This document shows positions 9,363-19,052 of a stretch of 64,000 bases of DNA, one piece after another. The DNA lies in assembly GCA_028278755.1 (NCBI GenBank), contig JAPYOI010000062.1, positions 4,044 to 68,043 on the forward strand. Direction: 5' to 3'. Both the position numbers and the translations under genes were made by a program. Within the stretch, counting starts at the first letter, position 1. Every line of letters starts with the position of its first letter. The notes below the pieces were generated by a model. It ran no database searches and was not told the origin of the DNA. It worked only from the letters and a program-made list of their open reading frames with translations. The DNA comes from Candidatus Poriferisodalis multihospitum. Lineage in GTDB: Bacteria > Actinomycetota > Acidimicrobiia > Acidimicrobiales > Poriferisodalaceae.

Positions 9363-10409
9363 ATGCTGGTCGAGCGAATCGAAGCGAAGTGGATCGACGC
9401 GTTCTCGTCGGTATTCGAGATGTGCGGCGTCGAGCCGCCCCAGACCGCGGCGATCCTGTCGGAAAGCCAAAGCCGATCCGTGAACGTGAACCTGGCCGAA
9501 CTGGCATTGGACCGGCTCGGCATGCCCCCGATCCATGTCGTGGTGCCCACGCCGCGCCAGTCGGCACCGGTACCGGTGAGATCGACCGGGGCGTCCGACG
9601 CCATCGCGGGCTCGGCGGCAGTTCTGGCAGCGCTCGGCGCGGTGGACTTCGTCGTCGACTGCACGGTGGAGGGGCTGCTGCACGCCCCGGAGCTTCCGAA
9701 GATCCTGGGCGAGGGCACCCGGGTCTTGATGGTCTCCAATGAGCACCCCGAAGCCCTCGAGCGTCTCATACCTGAACCGGACCTCGAGCCGAAGGTCAAG
9801 GTCGGCATCAAGAAGCTGATCGCTGCCTCGGAGCTGCACGTCACCTCGGCGGCAGGAACCGATCTGGTCGTCGACGTCAGCGGGGCACCCTGCGGCGGCG
9901 GCTGGGGTTACACCGCCCGGCCCGGCACGATCAGCCACTGGCCCGGCGGGCTCTGCTTGGCCTTCCCGAAGGCCGACACCGTCAACGGCACCATCGTGAT
10001 GGACCGCGGCGACATGAATCTCACCTTCAAGCGGTACATCGAGTCGCCGGTCACGCTGCAGATCCGCGACGACTACGTGGTCGACGTGGATGGTGCCGGA
10101 ACCGATGCTGCCCTGTTCCGCAGCTACACCGACGCCTGGGGCGACCGCGAGGCGTACGCCACCAGCCACGTGGGGTGGGGCATGAACCCCGGCGCTCGCT
10201 GGGACACCCTGTCGATGTATGACCGGAGCCAGACCAACGGAACCGAGCAGCGAGCCTTCGCCGGCAACTTCCTCTACTCGACCGGGGCCAACGAGCACGC
10301 CGGCCGGCACACGCTGGGCCACTTCGACCTGCCGATGCGCAATCACAGCGTGTTCCTCGACGGCGAGGCAGTCGTCATCGACGGCCAGCTCCAGGGCGAG
10401 CTGGCCTGA
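9363..10409 (+). CDS. NicX-like protein (2,5-dihydroxypyridine 5,6-dioxygenase / M29 aminopeptidase-related fold)
   Basis: C-terminal region TSHVGWGMNPGARW..RAFAGNFLYSTGAN..GHFDLPMRNHSVFLDGEAVV resembles the NicX family as I recall it. The size (348 aa) fits. Confidence 0.6.
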   Translation: MLVERIEAKWIDAFSSVFEMCGVEPPQTAAILSESQSRSVNVNLAELALDRLGMPPIHVVVPTPRQSAPVPVRSTGASDAIAGSAAVLAALGAVDFVVDCTVEGLLHAPELPKILGEGTRVLMVSNEHPEALERLIPEPDLEPKVKVGIKKLIAASELHVTSAAGTDLVVDVSGAPCGGGWGYTARPGTISHWPGGLCLAFPKADTVNGTIVMDRGDMNLTFKRYIESPVTLQIRDDYVVDVDGAGTDAALFRSYTDAWGDREAYATSHVGWGMNPGARWDTLSMYDRSQTNGTEQRAFAGNFLYSTGANEHAGRHTLGHFDLPMRNHSVFLDGEAVVIDGQLQGELA

Positions 10410-10467
10410 GCCGGCCCAGCGGCGGCCTGTCCGCATCTGGTCACCCTGCGGGCTGCTGGCACGCATC

Positions 10468-12066
10468 GTGAGCGACACGGCACCGCTGTCGGTCGGGGCC
10501 GACCTCGCGGCGCGAGTCGAACGCTGGGCTCAGCATCGACCTGATGCGCCCGCAGTCGCGTTCGAGGGTGTCGAGCACACCTACCGCGAATTCGCCGATC
10601 AGATCGCCGAGACTGCCGCCTGGCTGGCCGCATCAGGCATCGGCGACGGCGACCGGGTGGCCTGGCTCGGTCCCAACCGGCCAGCGGCGCTGCGGCTGAT
10701 GCTCGGCTGCTCCTGGCTCGGCGCCGTCTACCTGCCGCTGAACTCGCGCCTCGTGCCGCCTGAGCACCAGTGGATCCTCGACCATGCCGAGCCGCGCCTG
10801 CTCACGGTGGACTCGGCCTTCGCCGACCACGCGGCACGGATCGGCGCACGCTGCGACGTTCACGTGATGGCAGATGAACCGCGGGTCGGCAAGCCGGACA
10901 GCTCCGCCGGCCAAGCCGCCGCTGCCGGTGCCCCGCCGCGAGTCGGCACGCCGGAACATCCGGTGCTGCTGGCGTACACATCGGGCACGACCGGGCACCC
11001 CAAGGGCGCCGTACTGGACCAGGCGGCCATGGCAGCCAACGCGGTCAACGCCACCCACGCGCACGATCTCACGAGCACCGACCGGGTGCTGACCACCATC
11101 CCGCTGTTCCACGTCGGCGGGCTGAACATCCAATCGCTCCCTGCACTGCTCGGCGGGGCGGCGGTACGGCTGCAGCGCGCCTTCGATGCCGGACAGTTCC
11201 TCGATGACGTCGAGGAGTGGCAGCCGACCTGGACCGTGCTGGTCCCCGCAGCGCTCGCCGCCGTGTCGGCCCACCCGCGATTCTCTGAAGCAGACCTCAG
11301 CTCGCTGCGCGGCATCATGACGGGCTCATCGCCGGTGCCCGCAGCCGTCACACGGCCCTACTTCGATCGCGGGCTGCCGGTCGGGCAGATCTACGGGTCC
11401 ACCGAGACCGCCCCGATTGCGGTGCACTTGCGCTGCGACGAGGCGGCCGGCCATCCGGGCTCGTGCGGCAAGCCGTCCACGATGTGCGAGGTGCGCATCG
11501 TCACCGATGCCGGGACCGACGCGGAGCCAGGCGAGCACGGCGAGCTGTGGGTGCGCGGGCCGAGCGTGCTGCGGGAGTACTGGAACGATCCGCAGTCCAC
11601 CGCCGAGGCCCTCACGGACGGCTGGTTCCACACGGGCGACATCGGGCACGCCGACGCCGACGGCTGGATCTTCATCGACGATCGCCGCACCGACTTGATC
11701 ATCTCCGGGGGCGAGAACATCTACCCCGCCGAGCTTGAGGAAGCGCTCTCGGGCACTGACCTTGTCGCCGAAGCGACCGTCGTGGGCGTGCCCCACGAGC
11801 GCTGGGGCGCGGTGCCCGTGATCGTGGCCGTGCGTGCCTCAGGTGGCGCAGACGCAGGTGCGCCCGATGCCGACGACGAGACCGCTGCCGAGCTGCTGCG
11901 GCTGTTCGATGGGCGGCTCGCACGCTTCAAGCACCCCAAGGCCGTCCTCTGGCTGGACGCACTGCCGCGCACCGCCTTGGGGAAAGTGCGCAAGCACGAG
12001 GTGAAGGCGCTGCTTGCGGCACGCCGCTCGACACACGACGACGGGAGAACCCCCCATGAGCGATGA
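10468..12066 (+). CDS. AMP-dependent acyl-CoA synthetase/ligase
   Basis: LAYTSGTTGHPKGA (AMP-binding P-loop), YGSTE, GWFHTGD, ..GKVRK at the C-terminus. GTG 10468 chosen; the upstream part of the ORF overlaps the preceding gene. Confidence 0.85.
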   Translation: MSDTAPLSVGADLAARVERWAQHRPDAPAVAFEGVEHTYREFADQIAETAAWLAASGIGDGDRVAWLGPNRPAALRLMLGCSWLGAVYLPLNSRLVPPEHQWILDHAEPRLLTVDSAFADHAARIGARCDVHVMADEPRVGKPDSSAGQAAAAGAPPRVGTPEHPVLLAYTSGTTGHPKGAVLDQAAMAANAVNATHAHDLTSTDRVLTTIPLFHVGGLNIQSLPALLGGAAVRLQRAFDAGQFLDDVEEWQPTWTVLVPAALAAVSAHPRFSEADLSSLRGIMTGSSPVPAAVTRPYFDRGLPVGQIYGSTETAPIAVHLRCDEAAGHPGSCGKPSTMCEVRIVTDAGTDAEPGEHGELWVRGPSVLREYWNDPQSTAEALTDGWFHTGDIGHADADGWIFIDDRRTDLIISGGENIYPAELEEALSGTDLVAEATVVGVPHERWGAVPVIVAVRASGGADAGAPDADDETAAELLRLFDGRLARFKHPKAVLWLDALPRTALGKVRKHEVKALLAARRSTHDDGRTPHER

Positions 12067-12994
12067 CCCGATCAGCCACCAGTCCGGCGACAGCCCCGCA
12101 GAGCCAGCGCCGGAGCCGGCCGACGTCGCCTTCATCGGACTCGGCGTCATGGGCTACCCCATGGCCGGTCACCTCGCGGCGTCCGGGCACCGGGTGGCTG
12201 TCTTCAACCGAACCGCAACCGTGGCGCAGCGGTGGTCGGGCGAGCACTCGGGTCGAGTCGCCGCGACGCCGGCGGATGCGGCCGGCGGCGCCGAGATCGT
12301 GTTCATGTGCGTCGGCGCTGACGACGACGTGCGAACGGTCGCCTACGGCGATGACGGGGCATTGGGAGCTATGAGTGAAAGCGCTGTCCTCGTTGATCAC
12401 ACGACTGCCTCGGCCGATCTCGCACGCGAGCTCGCAGCTGCCTGTGCCGAGCGACGAGTGGGCTTTGTGGACGCGCCGGTGTCGGGCGGCGAGGCCGGAG
12501 CACAGGGCGGCGTGCTGACCGTCATGTGCGGCGGCGACAGCGAGGACTTCGAGCGGGTTCGCCCAGCGATGGGGGCGTATGCCCGGGCGGTCACGCTCAT
12601 CGGGCCCGCCGGATCAGGCCAGCTCACCAAGATGGTCAACCAGATCTGCATCGCCGGGTTGGTGCAGGCACTGTCGGAAGGCCTTGAATTCGGCCGCCGT
12701 GCCGACCTCGACCTCGACGCTGTGCTGGACACCATCTCGAAGGGCGCAGCTGGCTCGTGGCAGATGTCCAACCGCGGCACCACAATGACAGCCGACGAGT
12801 TCGAATTCGGCTTCGCTGTGGACTGGATGCGCAAGGACCTCGGCATCGTGCTCGCCGAGGCGCAGCGCAACGGCGCGTTCCTGCCGGTCACCTCACTCGT
12901 CGATCAGTTCTACAAACGTGTCCAGGAACTCGGCGGCGGACGCTGGGACACCTCGAGCCTCATCACCCTCTTGCGCCCCCCAGGATCTCCCTGA
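12056..12994 (+). CDS. NAD(P)-dependent oxidoreductase, 3-hydroxyisobutyrate dehydrogenase family
   Basis: VAFIGLGVMGYPMAGHL Rossmann motif and ..DAPVSGG.. The start ATG overlaps the ligase stop (ATGAGCGATGA). Confidence 0.85.
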   Translation: MSDDPISHQSGDSPAEPAPEPADVAFIGLGVMGYPMAGHLAASGHRVAVFNRTATVAQRWSGEHSGRVAATPADAAGGAEIVFMCVGADDDVRTVAYGDDGALGAMSESAVLVDHTTASADLARELAAACAERRVGFVDAPVSGGEAGAQGGVLTVMCGGDSEDFERVRPAMGAYARAVTLIGPAGSGQLTKMVNQICIAGLVQALSEGLEFGRRADLDLDAVLDTISKGAAGSWQMSNRGTTMTADEFEFGFAVDWMRKDLGIVLAEAQRNGAFLPVTSLVDQFYKRVQELGGGRWDTSSLITLLRPPGSP

Positions 12995-13030
12995 CTCGGA
13001 GACGGTGTGTGACCGGTACCGTGCGGGCCC

Positions 13031-14113
13031 GTGACACACAGCGACCGAATCCTGATGGGCCCGGGGCCTTCCAATCCCTATCCCGAGGTGATGGAGGCGT
13101 TCACCCGCCCGGTGCTGGGCCACCTCGACCCGGAGTTCATCGCCCTGCTGGACGAGACCAACGACCGGCTGCGGACTGTGTGGCAGACGGACAACCTGCT
13201 CACGTTTCCGGTCAGCGCCACCGGGTCCGCGGGCATGGAAGCCGCGTTCTGCAACTTCGTCCAGCCTGACGACACCGTCGTCATCGGCGTCAACGGCGTC
13301 TTCGGCACGCGCATGTGCGATGTAGCAGCACGGTGCGGTGCCGACGTCGTGGCGGTGAACGAGGAATGGGGCCGCGCCATCGATCCGCAGCGACTGATCG
13401 ACGCCCATCCCTCACCGAGAATCATCGCCGTTGTGCACGCCGAAACGTCCACCGGCGTGCGCAACGACATCGCGCCGCTCGGCCAGGGCAAGGGCGATGC
13501 CCTGCTGCTCGTCGACTGTGTCACCTCTCTGGGGGGCATCGAGGTCGACATCGACGGCTGGGCCGTCGACATCGCCTACAGCGGCACGCAGAAGTGCCTC
13601 GGCGTGCCCCCCGGCCTCGCGCCCCTCACTGTCAGTGATAGGGCGCTGGAATCGCTCGTCGAGCGGCCCCAGAGCTGGTACCTGGACCTGAACATGATCC
13701 GGGCGTATGTCGTGGGCGAAGGCGCCCGCGCCTACCACCACACCGCACCGATCTCCATGCTCTATGCACTGCACGCCGGCCTCGGCGCCGTACTCGACGA
13801 AGGGCTCCAGAACGCGTGGACTCGTCACCAGGCCTGCGGCGACGAACTGCACGCGCGCCTGCCCGAGCTCGGATTCGGGCTGTGGGCCCAAGAGGGCCAC
13901 CGCCTGCCCGAGCTCACCACTGTCACTCTGCCGGACGGCCTCGACGACGCTGCCGGGCGTCGTGCCCTGCTGGACCGCTACGGCATCGAGGTGGGCGGCG
14001 GGCTCGGACCTGTTGCCGGAAAGGTGTGGCGCATCGGCTGCATGGGGCACACGGCGCGGATGCGCAACGTCAGGATGCTGCTGGGAGCGCTGGAAGAACT
14101 TGTGAGCGGCTGA
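13031..14113 (+). CDS. class V aminotransferase (alanine-glyoxylate / serine-pyruvate aminotransferase family)
   Basis: ILMGPGPSNPYPEV N-terminus and a ..SGTQKCLG.. PLP-lysine context. Confidence 0.85.
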   Translation: MTHSDRILMGPGPSNPYPEVMEAFTRPVLGHLDPEFIALLDETNDRLRTVWQTDNLLTFPVSATGSAGMEAAFCNFVQPDDTVVIGVNGVFGTRMCDVAARCGADVVAVNEEWGRAIDPQRLIDAHPSPRIIAVVHAETSTGVRNDIAPLGQGKGDALLLVDCVTSLGGIEVDIDGWAVDIAYSGTQKCLGVPPGLAPLTVSDRALESLVERPQSWYLDLNMIRAYVVGEGARAYHHTAPISMLYALHAGLGAVLDEGLQNAWTRHQACGDELHARLPELGFGLWAQEGHRLPELTTVTLPDGLDDAAGRRALLDRYGIEVGGGLGPVAGKVWRIGCMGHTARMRNVRMLLGALEELVSG

Positions 14114-14146
14114 GCGCCCGGCGGCCTGATGGGCCGCGACGCTCGC

Positions 14147-15325
14147 TCAAGGCGTCGGGTGCAGTGGCAGCAGTTCCTGGCCCAGCGCAGCCCGGTAGGT
14201 GTTGTGGAAGTGATGCAACGCCGGCTCGTTGCGCCCGAACACGACATTTTCGAGCGCGCCGCTGTTGGCCGAACGCTGCTGGCTGGCGCTCATCACATAG
14301 TCCTCGTCGCGGATGACGTTGCTGAATGCCCGCGACGCCTCGGCCATGAAATCGAACTCGGCGTCGTCGCGAGCGATGCCGGGCCGCAGGTAGAAGGAGA
14401 TCTGGCTGGTGTGGCGGCCGGGCTCGGTCGGGTGGGGATAGGCCCGTACCAGGAACAGCACCTCGCGCGACGGGATGAGCTGCACGTTCGGGAACAGCCA
14501 GTACACCGGCAGTCCATAGCGGGTGATGTCCCACTCCGACGGCGGCCGCTCACGTGCGTCCTCGATGGAGCGGCGGCACAGAATCAGCCGGTGATGGCGC
14601 CCGAACTCGTCGTAGCACTGCACGTTGCCGTAGAAGTCATTCGACAGCGTGTCGGAGTGCAGCACGGGGAAGTGGTAGGTCTCGCCGAACGTGTCCATGG
14701 CGAGCTTCCAGTTGCAGCCGACCTCGTAGGTGTCACAGCCCAGCCACTGCAACCTGCCGAAGTCCCAGCCCGCGAAGTCGGCGGCGAGCTCGTCGCCCAG
14801 CAGCGCATCGGGGTCGAGCGTGCCACCGGGCTGGGGGTGCACCCACAGCAGGCCGTGACGCTCGACCGCTGGCAGCTCCACCAGCCCCAGGTCGTCGCGG
14901 TCGAGCTCGCCGAAGTGATCCGACTTCGGCAGGCCCACAAGCGCGCCGTCGGCGTCGTAGGTCCAGTTGTGGAACGGGCAGGCAAATCGGCGCTTGCGCC
15001 CGCGCGGCTCGGCCTCGATGACCACGCCGCGGTGGCGGCAGGAATTCACGAACGCCCGGAACCGGCCGCTCGGCGATCGCACGAGCAGCATCGGCGTGCC
15101 CAGATCGTCTTGGGTCATGAATGAGCCGACCTCGGGCAAGTCGCCCGACAGCCCCACCATCTGGGGGTGGGTGTCGAAGAACTCGCGCCGCTCGATGCGT
15201 GCGAGCTCGCGGTCGGTATAGGAGGACGTGGGGTTGTAGCGCACGCCGCCGGCATCCACGTTGGTGCCGGAGTCGAGCCGCGCCAGCAGTGTCTTGATAT
15301 GGCTGACCTGTTCAGCGTGCTCCAC
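14147..15325 (-). CDS. Rieske (2Fe-2S) aromatic ring-hydroxylating oxygenase, alpha subunit-like
   Basis: CRHRG...CPFHNW Rieske motif (CxH-x17-CxxH) followed by a catalytic-domain-sized C-terminus. Confidence 0.85.
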   Translation of the reverse strand: MEHAEQVSHIKTLLARLDSGTNVDAGGVRYNPTSSYTDRELARIERREFFDTHPQMVGLSGDLPEVGSFMTQDDLGTPMLLVRSPSGRFRAFVNSCRHRGVVIEAEPRGRKRRFACPFHNWTYDADGALVGLPKSDHFGELDRDDLGLVELPAVERHGLLWVHPQPGGTLDPDALLGDELAADFAGWDFGRLQWLGCDTYEVGCNWKLAMDTFGETYHFPVLHSDTLSNDFYGNVQCYDEFGRHHRLILCRRSIEDARERPPSEWDITRYGLPVYWLFPNVQLIPSREVLFLVRAYPHPTEPGRHTSQISFYLRPGIARDDAEFDFMAEASRAFSNVIRDEDYVMSASQQRSANSGALENVVFGRNEPALHHFHNTYRAALGQELLPLHPTP

Positions 15326-15366
15326 GGTCGGCAGTATGCCAGCACGCGGCGCCGCAGAACAGCCGC

Positions 15367-16227
15367 TCAGCGAAGCCAGTCGTTGAACTCAGGCTGCCGC
15401 TTGGACAGGAAGGCCGAGACACCTTCGGCAGCATCGGGCAGGTGATCGGTGATCGCCGTCTTGGAAGCGATCTCGTCGAGGGACTGTTCCCACGTCATCT
15501 CGGCAGCCAGCAGGATCGATCGCTTGAGCATGCGCATCGCCACCTGCGGTCCGTCGGCCATCTCGGCTGCGAGTTCGGCGGCCGCAGCAGGAAGCTGCTC
15601 GTCGTCGACCACATCGTGCACCAGCCCGAGCTCGTGTGCGGTGTCGGCATCCACGATCCGCTTGCGCATCATGAAGTCGGTCGCTCGAGCGACACCAAGG
15701 TGCTGCACCAGCAGCCACTGGCCCCCCTCGTCTGGAAGCAGGCCGAAGCGAAGCGTCGCCGATCCCATCCGGGCTGATCGTGCCGCGATCCGGAAGTCGC
15801 ATGCAAGGGCGAAGCTGAAGCCTGTCTGGATCGCGAAGCCGTTGATGGCCGCGACCGTCAGCTTGTCCAGACGGCGCACAGCGGTGTTGACGGCCTGGGA
15901 GATCGTCCGCAGGCTGTTGTACGTGCCAGCGGCGTTGTGGTGCCCGCCGAAGATTTCCGGCGTTGCCGAGGGATGCTCCGCCTCATAGCTGCCCAGGTTG
16001 TCTCCGGCCCAGAACGCCCGGCCCTGACCAGTGAACAGCAGTACCCGCACAGCGTCATCCATCTGAGCCTGGGTGATCAGCTCGATCAGGTCGCGCTTCG
16101 TCGAGTGGGTCGAAGCGTTCATCGACTCGGGCCGGTTGAACGTCACCGTCAGCACTCCGTTCGAGTCCAGCGCCTGGGAGAATCCGAAGTACTCGGTGTC
16201 CAGGTAGCCGGCTTGTTCGCTTGACAT
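15367..16227 (-). CDS. enoyl-CoA hydratase/isomerase (crotonase) family protein
   Basis: VLTVTFNRPESMNA.., ..LFTGQGRAFWAGDNL.., ..TVAAINGFAIQTGFSFALACDFRIA. ATG 16227 chosen; the 165 upstream codons of the ORF look non-coding. Confidence 0.85.
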   Translation of the reverse strand: MSSEQAGYLDTEYFGFSQALDSNGVLTVTFNRPESMNASTHSTKRDLIELITQAQMDDAVRVLLFTGQGRAFWAGDNLGSYEAEHPSATPEIFGGHHNAAGTYNSLRTISQAVNTAVRRLDKLTVAAINGFAIQTGFSFALACDFRIAARSARMGSATLRFGLLPDEGGQWLLVQHLGVARATDFMMRKRIVDADTAHELGLVHDVVDDEQLPAAAAELAAEMADGPQVAMRMLKRSILLAAEMTWEQSLDEIASKTAITDHLPDAAEGVSAFLSKRQPEFNDWLR

Positions 16228-16413
16228 GGTTCGTTGCCCCCTGCGCCAGGTGATCCGCTCCGAGGCGGGTCGCATGCTGAACCTAGTGAAAAGGCGGACC
16301 GATGCGCCGATCTGCTGCTCGGTACGCTGCCCGTCGTGGCTCCTGAAACCGGCCGCGCAGGCGAGGCGCCGCCTGCGCCCATTGCCCCGTTTGCTCCGTT
16401 CGACGGCGTGCTC

Positions 16414-16731
16414 ATGCTGCGACTCGACACCGAGACGCCTGCAGGCGACCGCACCTACTACGTCACACCGTTCGTCACCGACGGCGGCCGGCTGTTCGTG
16501 TTCGATGAACCGGGCGATCGGAGCGATGCCCTCGAGGAACTGCTCGTGGGCAATCGCACAACGATCAGCTCCGCCTCCACCGGCGAGCTGAGCATCGGCG
16601 CCGTCGGGCGCTACCCGTCGTCGGAGGAGGAGGCATGGGCGCGTGACGCCTGCTCGGCGCGCTTCTTCTACGACCAGGCCTTGCAGGACCTCGCCCAGCT
16701 CGGCGGGCTGGTGACGCTGCACCCCGCCTGA
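16414..16731 (+). CDS. hypothetical protein (uncertain gene)
   Basis: Fills the gap between divergent genes. The C-terminal part has a protein-like composition (..YYVTPFVTDGGRLFVFDEPGDRSDALEELL..). No motif. Confidence 0.35.
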   Translation: MLRLDTETPAGDRTYYVTPFVTDGGRLFVFDEPGDRSDALEELLVGNRTTISSASTGELSIGAVGRYPSSEEEAWARDACSARFFYDQALQDLAQLGGLVTLHPA

Positions 16732-16760
16732 GCTTCCACTAGCGATCTAGGGTTCCGGGC

Positions 16761-17828
16761 GTGCGCACAGCCATCGGGTTCGGAGGGCCGGCGTCGGGCA
16801 AGCGGCGCGACTGGGACGAACAGGTCGAGTTCCTGCGGGAGGCCGACCGCCTCGGCGTCGACATCCTGTGGTCGGCTGAGGCATGGGGCATGGACGGTGT
16901 CAGCACGCTGGCCTACCTCGCTGCGGTAACCGAACGCTGCCAGCTCGGCACGGGCATCTTGCAGATCTCGGCCCGCGCCCCGGTCATGACAGCGATGACC
17001 GCGCTCTCGCTCGCGGCAATGACCGGTGACCGGTTCATCCTGGGGCTCGGGGTCAGCGGGCCGCAGGTGGTCGAGGGCCTGCACGGGGTGCGCTTTGGCG
17101 ACCCGCTGGGACGGCTGCGCGAGACAGTGGACATCTGCCGCCAGGCCTTTGCCGGCGAGAAGATCGCCTACGACGGCCGCCACCATGTGCTCCCGCTGCC
17201 AGGCGGGCAGGGCAAGTCGTTGCGACTCGCGCAGCCCGCCAACGATTCGATCGAGATCTGGCTCGCGACCCTCGGTCCCAAGTCTCTGCGCTACACCGGC
17301 GAGGCCGCCGACGGCTGGGTCGGCGTGTGCTTCGTGCCGAGTCGCCCCGAGGTCACCTGGGGTCAGGTAGTGGACGCAGTTGCAGCCGCAGGACGCCCGC
17401 CGGGCTCGGTGGCCTGCCAGGCCGGCGGCGCAGTCGAGTTCGGCGACGATCTCGACGCCCTCATCGAGCCGCGGCGACCTGGCCTTGCGTTCACGCTGGG
17501 CGCCATGGGATCGGCCACCGCCAACTTCTACAACGACGCCTACCGCCGAGCAGGCTTCGAAGCAGAGTGCCGCCACGTGCAGCACCTGTGGCTCGACGGC
17601 GACCGGGCCGCAGCAGCGGCTGCAGTCCCGGATCGACTCGTGACCGAGACCAACTTCTTGGGCACCCACGAACAGGTCATGAACCAAGTGCGGGCGTACC
17701 GAGACGCCGGCGTGGATGTCCTGCGCCTGCAGCCTGAAGGGCCGACCGCCGCAGCCCGGCTGGACACGCTGGCGGCGATGATCGACATCGTCCAAGCCGT
17801 CAACGCCGAGCCCGCCGGGGCGACCTGA
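16761..17828 (+). CDS. LLM-class (luciferase-like) F420-dependent oxidoreductase
   Basis: ..[52 protein letters not shown].. is typical of the LLM flavin/F420 oxidoreductase family. Confidence 0.8.
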   Translation: MRTAIGFGGPASGKRRDWDEQVEFLREADRLGVDILWSAEAWGMDGVSTLAYLAAVTERCQLGTGILQISARAPVMTAMTALSLAAMTGDRFILGLGVSGPQVVEGLHGVRFGDPLGRLRETVDICRQAFAGEKIAYDGRHHVLPLPGGQGKSLRLAQPANDSIEIWLATLGPKSLRYTGEAADGWVGVCFVPSRPEVTWGQVVDAVAAAGRPPGSVACQAGGAVEFGDDLDALIEPRRPGLAFTLGAMGSATANFYNDAYRRAGFEAECRHVQHLWLDGDRAAAAAAVPDRLVTETNFLGTHEQVMNQVRAYRDAGVDVLRLQPEGPTAAARLDTLAAMIDIVQAVNAEPAGAT

Positions 17829-17851
17829 CTGGGGCCGGCCGTGTCACTACC

Positions 17852-18286
17852 GTGGTGCACATGACTGGGCAATCTGAGACTGGACGCGCTGTTGCGTTCA
17901 CCGAATCCGAGTTGCGCGAGCGGTTGACGCCGATGCAGTACCACGTCACCCAGGAAGCAGGAACCGAGCGTCCGTTCACCGGCGAGACATGGGACAACCA
18001 CGATGTCGGCGCGTATCACTGCATCGTGTGCGGTGCCGAGCTGTTCGACTCAGCGACGAAGTTCGAGAGCGGTTCGGGCTGGCCCAGCTTCACCCAGCCT
18101 GTTTCCGGCGAGGCTGTGGACACCGAGGTCGATCGCTCGTACGGCATGATCCGCACCGAGGTGATGTGCAAGGCCTGCGGGGCGCACCTCGGCCACGTGT
18201 TCCCGGACGGTCCCCGTCCGACCGGTGACCGGTTCTGCATGAACTCGGCGTCGCTGCAGTTCGCGCCCGCCGAAGAATCGGGCTGA
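17852..18286 (+). CDS. msrB: peptide-methionine (R)-S-oxide reductase
   Basis: [36 protein letters not shown]: two CxxC zinc motifs and a catalytic Cys. Alternative ATG at 17861. Confidence 0.9.
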   Translation: MVHMTGQSETGRAVAFTESELRERLTPMQYHVTQEAGTERPFTGETWDNHDVGAYHCIVCGAELFDSATKFESGSGWPSFTQPVSGEAVDTEVDRSYGMIRTEVMCKACGAHLGHVFPDGPRPTGDRFCMNSASLQFAPAEESG

Positions 18287-18291
18287 GTTCG

Positions 18292-18879
18292 CTATTCCAA
18301 GTCGAGGCTGAGCTGGGCGGCGATGGGCTCGTCGGGCAGCAGCTTCACGACGTCCGCGTCGAGTTCACGGCGAACGCCCGCCACCGGCAGCACGGTCAGC
18401 ATCGCCGCCTGACCCTGGCGCAGCAGGCTGAGCACCCGATCATCGTCAGCCCACAACACGTCGCTGCCGCTGATGACGATGTTCGCCGAGGCAACCTCGC
18501 CGCCGAGCTGGTTGCGCAGATAGTCGAACGCTCGGGCAATCGACTTCAGGTCGATGCCTTGGTCGCGCATCTTCTTCGCGATCTTGAACTCGACGAGGTC
18601 GTTGTAGGAATACCGGCGCCGAGAGCCGCTGCCCTCGGCCTGAGCGACTGATGGTTGCACCAGGCCCTTGCGGGCCCAGTGATCGAGCTGGCGGTAGCTG
18701 ATCCCGACGATTTTCTCAGCCTGCTTGCTGGAGAATCCCTCGACAATGGCTCCTGCCACCTCCGGCGCGGCCTCGCCAGACACGTCGGCACTCGCCGAGG
18801 TGGCGGCAGGCTGTGACGGCGCGCCGGCTTCTTGCGACGTCGTCGGCACAGGGTCGGAAGCTGGTTGCTGGCCGGCCAT
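18292..18879 (-). CDS. MerR family transcriptional regulator
   Basis: ..FSSKQAEKIVGISYRQLDHWARKGLV..RRYSYNDLVEFKI.. is a MerR-type wHTH. ATG 18879 has a strong SD (AGGAGAGGAGA). Confidence 0.8.
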   Translation of the reverse strand: MAGQQPASDPVPTTSQEAGAPSQPAATSASADVSGEAAPEVAGAIVEGFSSKQAEKIVGISYRQLDHWARKGLVQPSVAQAEGSGSRRRYSYNDLVEFKIAKKMRDQGIDLKSIARAFDYLRNQLGGEVASANIVISGSDVLWADDDRVLSLLRQGQAAMLTVLPVAGVRRELDADVVKLLPDEPIAAQLSLDLE

Positions 18880-18927
18880 CGGTATCTCCTCTCCTGCGTG
18901 GGTCACACGCAGCAAATCACACCCTGC

Positions 18928-18959
18928 GAACTACCGGGCTGTGATCTGCACGTTCACAA
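18928..18959 (-). promoter_or_regulatory. putative MerR-type promoter/operator upstream of the MerR gene
   Basis: The minus strand reads TTGTGA - 20 nt - TAGTTC, with an inverted repeat TGTGA-N9-TCACA (18940..18958) inside the long spacer, as in MerR-controlled promoters. Confidence 0.25.
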
Positions 18960-19052
18960 AGCGTACGGGGACCAGTCGCGCCAGCGCAAGAGGCCCCTCA
19001 GGACGAGCATCGAACAATCGATCGGCCGCAGCGGCGGTGGGGCCGCCGCGCC

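Noticed and set aside
15367-16722. Long N-terminal extensions given by the ORF track for the enoyl-CoA hydratase (to 16722), der (to 42299), xerD (to 59338), nrdA (to 37324), meaB (from 32431), trpS (from 54593) and the nucleoside hydrolase (from 1054).
   Set aside because: The extensions are Arg/Pro/Gly-rich and overlap neighbouring genes. In each case the family-typical N-terminus begins at an internal ATG/GTG, often with an SD or ATGA coupling, so internal starts were used.
19031-19049. Hairpin GCGGCGG-TGGGG-CCGCCGC right after the bifunctional nuclease stop, and a similar 6-bp hairpin at 14121..14137 between convergent genes, as possible intrinsic terminators.
   Set aside because: The stems are real, but no U-tract follows on the relevant strand. 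At 19050 onwards the plus-strand T-run is coding sequence. This evidence is too weak to annotate them as terminators.
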